The translations under genes and the position numbers were made by a program. The notes below the pieces were generated by a model that saw nothing but the letters and a program-made list of their open reading frames with translations, ran no database searches and had not been told where the DNA came from. 64,000 nt of DNA from Oscillospiraceae bacterium (lineage in GTDB: Bacteria; Bacillota; Clostridia; Oscillospirales; Acutalibacteraceae): assembly GCA_015066465.1 (NCBI GenBank), contig SVOI01000002.1:44154-108153 (forward strand), in the 5' to 3' direction. Position 1 is the stretch's first letter. Every line of letters begins with the position of its first letter. This document shows positions 59,000 through 64,000 of the stretch, one piece after another.

Positions 59000-61423
59000 A
59001 TGAACTTAGAACAAGCAAAGAGAAAAGTTTACAACATAATCGGTAAAGCAATCAACAGCATTGCACAAAATGAAGCTGGTAACACAAGCGATATTCCTAA
59101 AACTGTTACAGATGGTGCACCAGAGCTTATATGTAAAGCAGGTATTGAAGGCTCAGTGCTTTTAAGAAATGATGACGTTTTACCATTTAAAAAGACCGAT
59201 AAAATTTCTGTATTTGGCAGATGCCAGTATGACTGGTTCTACGTTGGTTATGGTTCAGGTGGCGACGTTATTAAGCCATATACCGTAAATCTTATTGAAG
59301 GTCTCGAGAACTTAAGCGCAAACTTAAACGAACCTTTAAAAGAAAAATATAAAGCGTGGTGCCACAAAAATCCACCAGACCACGGCTTCTGGGGGCATTG
59401 GCCACACTATTACAACGAAATGCCTATAACCGAAGAAGAAATTGAAAGCTTCAGCAAAGATTCTGAATGTGCAGTCGTTATAATAGGGCGTTCTGCTGGT
59501 GAGGATAGAGAAAACTATTTAAAAGAAGGTAGTTACTTACTCACAGAGGATGAAAAAAATCTTATTAATAACGTAACAAAGCATTTTAAAAAAACTGCTA
59601 TTTTACTTAACACTGGTAACGTTATAAGTCTTTATGACATCAATTTAATTGATAGTGACTTAGCAATTCTTATGTGTTGGCAAGGTGGTATGGAAAGCGG
59701 TAACTCTGTTGCAAAAATGCTTTTAGGTGAAGAGTCACCAAGCGGTAAATTAACCGATACTATTGCTTATAATTATGAAGACTACCCTTGTAGTGAAAAC
59801 TTTGGTTACAAGGATTACACAAACTACGTTGAAGATATTTATGTTGGTTATCGTTACTTTGAAACCTTCAATAAAGAAAAAGTTTTATATCCTTTCGGTT
59901 TTGGTCTTACTTATACAACATTCAAACAAGAATTTGTAAGTGCTGAAATAAATGACGACGAAGTTACTTTAAAAGTTAAAGTTACAAACACTGGTAATTT
60001 TAAATGTAAAGAGATTGTAGAAGTTTATGTTAATGCACCACAAGGCAAATTAGGTAAGGCAGAAAAGGTTCTGGTGGGATTTAATAAAACAAAAGAATTA
60101 GCACCAGATGAAAGCGAAACTGTTACAGTTACGTTCCCCCTTTACTTCTGCGCATCTTTCGATGACAGTGGAAAAACCGGTAATAAATCCTGCTACGTGT
60201 TAGAAGAAGGCGTTTACAATATTTTTGTAGGCGAAAACGTCCGCGAAGCTGTAAATGTTTGGAACTTTACAGTCGAAAAGTTAAGAATTATCAACGTTTT
60301 AAGCGAGGTTTGTGCACCAAAAAATAAATTCCAGAGAATGATTACTGCAACAAATGAGAGTGGCGAATTAATCCCTGAATTTGAAAACGTTCCTCTCGCT
60401 ACAACAAATTTACGAGATATTATACTAAAAAAACTGCCTAAAGAAATCGAGTATACAGGCGATAAAGGTATTAAGTTAACCGATGTAAAATCAGGTAAAA
60501 ATACTCTTGATGAATTCATAGCTCAACTTAATACAACAGAGTTAGAAGCACTTTCACACGGCCATTATACAATGGATAGTCCTTTAGGCAACAAAGGTAA
60601 TGCTGGTGCATTCGGTGGTATAACCCAGAGCCTCAGAGCAAAAAAAGTACCAGCAGTTGTTACCACAGACGGACCTTCTGGTATAAGAATCCGTTCTTGT
60701 TGTTCGCTTCTTCCTAATGGTACTGCTTTAGCTTGTAGTTGGAACACAGATTTAGTTACTGAACTTTATACACTTATAGGTAACGAAATGAAAGAAAAAG
60801 GTTCTGATGTTCTTTTAGCCCCTGGTATGAACATTCACAGAAGTATGCTTTGTGGCAGAAACTTTGAGTATTTTTCAGAAGACCCTGTTATAACTGGTAA
60901 AATTGCAAGTGCCGTAGTTAAAGGTGTTCAGAGTGCTGGTGTTTCTGCTTGCCCTAAGCACTTTGCTTGTAACAATCAGGAAACAAACAGAACTTACAAC
61001 GACTCCCGTGTTTCAGAAAGAGCATTGAGAGAGATTTATTTAAAAGGTTTTGAAATTTGCGTAAAGACTGCAAAACCACTCAACATAATGACATCTTACA
61101 ATAAAATAAATGGTGTTTGGGGTCATTATCATTACGAACTCTGTACCACCATTTTAAGAAATGAATGGGGTTACACTGGCAACGTTATGACAGACTGGTG
61201 GATGAGAAGTGCTAACTCTCACGAATTCCCACAGTTAAGAGATAATGCTTACAGAGTGAGGGCTGGTGTTGACGTTTTAATGCCAGGTGGTAAACGAAGT
61301 GGCAGAAAGAAGCCAGACGGCACACTTCTTGAAACATATAAAAAAGAGAATGGAATTACACTCGGCGAAATGCAACAAGTAGCCCGTAACGTTTTAAGCC
61401 TATGCTTAAAACTTGATAAATAA
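59000..61423 (+). CDS. Glycoside hydrolase family 3 enzyme with circularly permuted domain order
   Basis: 807 aa. The sandwich domain (SVLLRNDDVLPF...ISVFGR) and Fn3-like domain (YPFGFGLTYTTFKQE) come first. The catalytic barrel (VVTTDGPSGIRI, KHFACNNQE, nucleophile NVMTDWW) comes last. Confidence 0.85.
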   Translation: MNLEQAKRKVYNIIGKAINSIAQNEAGNTSDIPKTVTDGAPELICKAGIEGSVLLRNDDVLPFKKTDKISVFGRCQYDWFYVGYGSGGDVIKPYTVNLIEGLENLSANLNEPLKEKYKAWCHKNPPDHGFWGHWPHYYNEMPITEEEIESFSKDSECAVVIIGRSAGEDRENYLKEGSYLLTEDEKNLINNVTKHFKKTAILLNTGNVISLYDINLIDSDLAILMCWQGGMESGNSVAKMLLGEESPSGKLTDTIAYNYEDYPCSENFGYKDYTNYVEDIYVGYRYFETFNKEKVLYPFGFGLTYTTFKQEFVSAEINDDEVTLKVKVTNTGNFKCKEIVEVYVNAPQGKLGKAEKVLVGFNKTKELAPDESETVTVTFPLYFCASFDDSGKTGNKSCYVLEEGVYNIFVGENVREAVNVWNFTVEKLRIINVLSEVCAPKNKFQRMITATNESGELIPEFENVPLATTNLRDIILKKLPKEIEYTGDKGIKLTDVKSGKNTLDEFIAQLNTTELEALSHGHYTMDSPLGNKGNAGAFGGITQSLRAKKVPAVVTTDGPSGIRIRSCCSLLPNGTALACSWNTDLVTELYTLIGNEMKEKGSDVLLAPGMNIHRSMLCGRNFEYFSEDPVITGKIASAVVKGVQSAGVSACPKHFACNNQETNRTYNDSRVSERALREIYLKGFEICVKTAKPLNIMTSYNKINGVWGHYHYELCTTILRNEWGYTGNVMTDWWMRSANSHEFPQLRDNAYRVRAGVDVLMPGGKRSGRKKPDGTLLETYKKENGITLGEMQQVARNVLSLCLKLDK

Positions 61424-61427
61424 AATC

Positions 61428-61463
61428 AAAAACCCGATAACTTCAAGTTATCGGGTTTTTATT
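61428..61463. terminator. Bidirectional terminator
   Basis: AAACCCGATAAC-ttcaa-GTTATCGGGTTT followed by TTATTATTTT. Confidence 0.8.
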
Positions 61464-61474
61464 ATTTTCAACGT

Positions 61475-62944
61475 TTAATTGTAATTTATTGCAACCATTA
61501 AAAGCATCATTGCTGCAGAGAAAATAAATTCTCCTAAAAACAATTTCCAGCTCCATTTAAGCCACTTGCCGTAAGACACACCAACTAAACCTATTGCTAT
61601 AATCATAATACCGCTTGTTGGGTATAAAAGGTTTGTAAAGCCATCTGCAAGACAGAAGGTTGTTACAATTGACTGTCGGGTAATGCCGACTAAATCTGAA
61701 AGTGGTGCTACGAGTGGCATAATCAAAAATGCTTTTGCGGTACCGCTACCAATGAAAAATTCAAGGAAAGCAATAAGCAAAAATAAGAGTATTATTGCCG
61801 CATAAGGTGGCACGCCCTGAATAAAATTATAAACGTAATAAAGAATTGTGTGCATAATTTTTGCTTCGCCTAAAATATAAGAAATAGCAACAACAAAAAT
61901 AACAACTGGAATTACAGGTGCAATAGTTTTAGCACCACTCAAAAAGCTTTTTAAAAGTGGTTTTCCTTTAAGACCTGTAAAGTAGCCCGCTAAAATACCA
62001 CCAACTGTAAAAAGTATTGCCATTGCAGGAAGTGAAAGCCCACCGCCTAAATCTAAAGCAAAGTCAATTACAATTGCTACTATATCAATAACCATACAAA
62101 TAAGGAAAGCCTTTGCGCCCTTTTTAGTATCTTTGTTACTGAGTACGGCTTCAATATCTTCTATTTTATATTTTTCTTTTAACACTTTGTCAGATTCATA
62201 AACCAACGATTTTTTAGGATTTTTCTCGATTTTTTTCGCATACAAGAAAAGAAATACAAAAAGAATAAGATAAACGCCTAAAAATACTACCAATCTCAAA
62301 GGAAGTCCTGAAAAGACATCTAAACCTGCTAATTTTTGAACAGTTGCAACGTTAAACGGGTTAAAAGTTGCTGCAGTAAAGCCCCAGGCAATTGAAACAA
62401 GACTAAGACCTAAACCTACGAGTGAATCCCATCCTAAAGCAAGTGACACAGCAACTGCAATAGGCACTAAAGTAACAGATTCTTCTAAAACACCAGCAAC
62501 AGAGCTTAACGCCATACAAGCAAAAATTATAATTCCCATAAGGGTGTATTTTCGCTTACTGAACTTCTTTATGAGTGTAGCCATTAAGAATTTCATAACA
62601 CCGCATTTATCAAGAATTAAAAATGCACCGCCAATTAACACAACCATTGCAATAATTAAAATACCGGTTGCTGCATAACTACTTGTAAAACAGAGTATTG
62701 GTGCTAAGAAAATTTTCCATATTGGCATTTTGTAGTCGTTGAGTTCCTTGTATGTACCGTCTACAATCTGCTCGTAACCATTTTCAATTATAACGTCATA
62801 TTCGCCACGTGGTAACACCTGAGTTAATACACCTACAAGTGCCATTATAAGAACGAGCGCAGAAATAATTGCAATAACCGTTTTTTTATCAAGCGAAATA
62901 CCAAGCTCTTTGCTCTCAGTACTACTTATATTTTCATTACTCAT
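61475..62944 (-). CDS. YfcC/DcuC-like anion or basic-amino-acid transporter
   Basis: 489 aa with more than 10 TM helices. The N-terminal pattern KKTVIAIISALVLIMALVGVLTQVLPRGEYD is typical of the YfcC family. Confidence 0.7.
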   Translation of the reverse strand: MSNENISSTESKELGISLDKKTVIAIISALVLIMALVGVLTQVLPRGEYDVIIENGYEQIVDGTYKELNDYKMPIWKIFLAPILCFTSSYAATGILIIAMVVLIGGAFLILDKCGVMKFLMATLIKKFSKRKYTLMGIIIFACMALSSVAGVLEESVTLVPIAVAVSLALGWDSLVGLGLSLVSIAWGFTAATFNPFNVATVQKLAGLDVFSGLPLRLVVFLGVYLILFVFLFLYAKKIEKNPKKSLVYESDKVLKEKYKIEDIEAVLSNKDTKKGAKAFLICMVIDIVAIVIDFALDLGGGLSLPAMAILFTVGGILAGYFTGLKGKPLLKSFLSGAKTIAPVIPVVIFVVAISYILGEAKIMHTILYYVYNFIQGVPPYAAIILLFLLIAFLEFFIGSGTAKAFLIMPLVAPLSDLVGITRQSIVTTFCLADGFTNLLYPTSGIMIIAIGLVGVSYGKWLKWSWKLFLGEFIFSAAMMLLMVAINYN

Positions 62945-62945
62945 C

Positions 62946-64000
62946 TTATTTCAAATTCCTTTCAAGGTGAACTAAAAAGTCCTGAATATTTGTAACCAAA
63001 CCTTTAACAGAAAGTGACCCTCTGTCGTGTAATTTATTAACTGCAAATTCTGAAATATCCACTGAATAAATAAATACAGGTCTTACTTCGCCATCAACTA
63101 CACAGTAAGACGGTGTCATATTACCAGTTGCAATAGTGTGAAGCTGAGTTGCAAGTGCAATAACCGTCGTAGCCTTTCTTGTGTGCTCACGCATTTTATC
63201 TTGCGACTCATAAACACTGTGAACAACCTCAGGGAGCGGACCATCATCACGTATAGAACCCGCTAAAACAAACGGCACGTCGTTTTTCACAAGAGCACTC
63301 ATAATGCCATCTTCAATATTATTTTCATTGATAAAATTCTTAATAGAACCCGCTTTTCTTACAAGGTTGATTGTATGAAGATGGTTATAATGACCATCCT
63401 TCATAAGCTTTTTGGTGTAAATATCCTGACCAAGACCTGTGTGGAAAACAGATGCTTCAAGGTCGTGAGTAGCAAGTGCATTACCAGCAAAAAGAGCGTG
63501 ACAATATCCTCTTTTAATGAGATTTGCCATAGCATTACGACTGTCGTTATCAAATGCACAAGCAGGGCCTAACACCCACACAATGTGACCGTTATCTTTG
63601 TCATTCTTAAGAATATCGTAAAGAATATCATATTCACGTGAAAATGAAGTTTCTCTTGACTGACCAGTTCTGAATGCAAATGTTGAATTGTGTTCTTCCT
63701 CTTCACTTTCTTCCACGAAACAATCAGCATTAACAAAAACACCAGTAGTGCCGTCGTCACATCTGCCGACAACAACCTCATCGCCCTCTTCTACCCTTCT
63801 TGGCTCAGTAACAACAGGCTCGCCGTCCTTTATAACAATTACTGAATCCATACGGCTCTCTTTTATCATTTTCCATTCGCCGTTAATTTTAAAATATTCT
63901 GGATAAATTGTCGTTGCATAAAAATTAATAGGCAAATAATTTTTACCAGCCTTTTCAGTTTTTACATCCGGAGCAGAAATAAAAGGCTCTTTTGTAAAAT
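62946..64000 (-). CDS. TIGR00300/LOR-SDH-N-domain family protein (possible ornithine-cyclodeaminase type), 5' end outside window
   Basis: The frame stays open upstream of the ORF-track TTG start (...FTKEPFISAPDVKTEKAGKNYLPINFY) to the window edge. Its stop lies 2 nt before the YfcC start. Family assignment is from recollection only. Confidence 0.4.
   Translation of the reverse strand, partial: FTKEPFISAPDVKTEKAGKNYLPINFYATTIYPEYFKINGEWKMIKESRMDSVIVIKDGEPVVTEPRRVEEGDEVVVGRCDDGTTGVFVNADCFVEESEEEEHNSTFAFRTGQSRETSFSREYDILYDILKNDKDNGHIVWVLGPACAFDNDSRNAMANLIKRGYCHALFAGNALATHDLEASVFHTGLGQDIYTKKLMKDGHYNHLHTINLVRKAGSIKNFINENNIEDGIMSALVKNDVPFVLAGSIRDDGPLPEVVHSVYESQDKMREHTRKATTVIALATQLHTIATGNMTPSYCVVDGEVRPVFIYSVDISEFAVNKLHDRGSLSVKGLVTNIQDFLVHLERNLK

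Overview
Low-GC, Firmicutes/Clostridia-type chromosomal segment with dense, mostly minus-strand coding. The soj/spo0J pair and the strand bias suggest it lies near the replication origin, with the origin to the right (inference). The core is housekeeping genes: trmFO-topA-dprA, infC-rpmI-rplT with an L20-type leader, coaD/rsmD, uvrC, ptsH, the rpsP-KH-rimM-trmD and ylxM-ffh clusters, nadABC, glyA, hpf, ogg, rlmB, serS and parAB. RNA genes are one tRNA-Thr(GGU) and RNase P RNA. Between these blocks sit accessory segments that hold the interesting material. (1) A tight five-gene operon encodes a glycyl-radical enzyme with an eliminase-like GCxE loop, a minimal activase, an FGGY kinase and a PMI-like cupin. 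I cannot map this combination to any characterised glycyl-radical pathway. (2) A 1.5-kb module is bracketed by 48-bp direct repeats that begin exactly at two stop codons. It carries an esterase and a candidate type I toxin-like locus (21-aa hydrophobic peptide, face-to-face near-consensus promoters, shared terminator, 30-bp inverted arms). (3) A 112-nt structured repeat occurs in two copies, with compensatory substitutions in both of its hairpins. One copy sits inside the rpsP-trmD operon. (4) A membrane-tethered XRE regulator is followed by four tandem signal-anchored paralogs. (5) Two predicted inactive enzyme relatives are present, a PASTA pseudokinase and a P-type-ATPase-like protein. A circularly permuted GH3, a lipase/ceramidase-like pair and a ~390-bp extremely AT-rich gap between two terminators complete the list. 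No CRISPR array, rRNA, transposase or integrase was seen. All functional calls rest on motif recognition by eye; no database search was possible.
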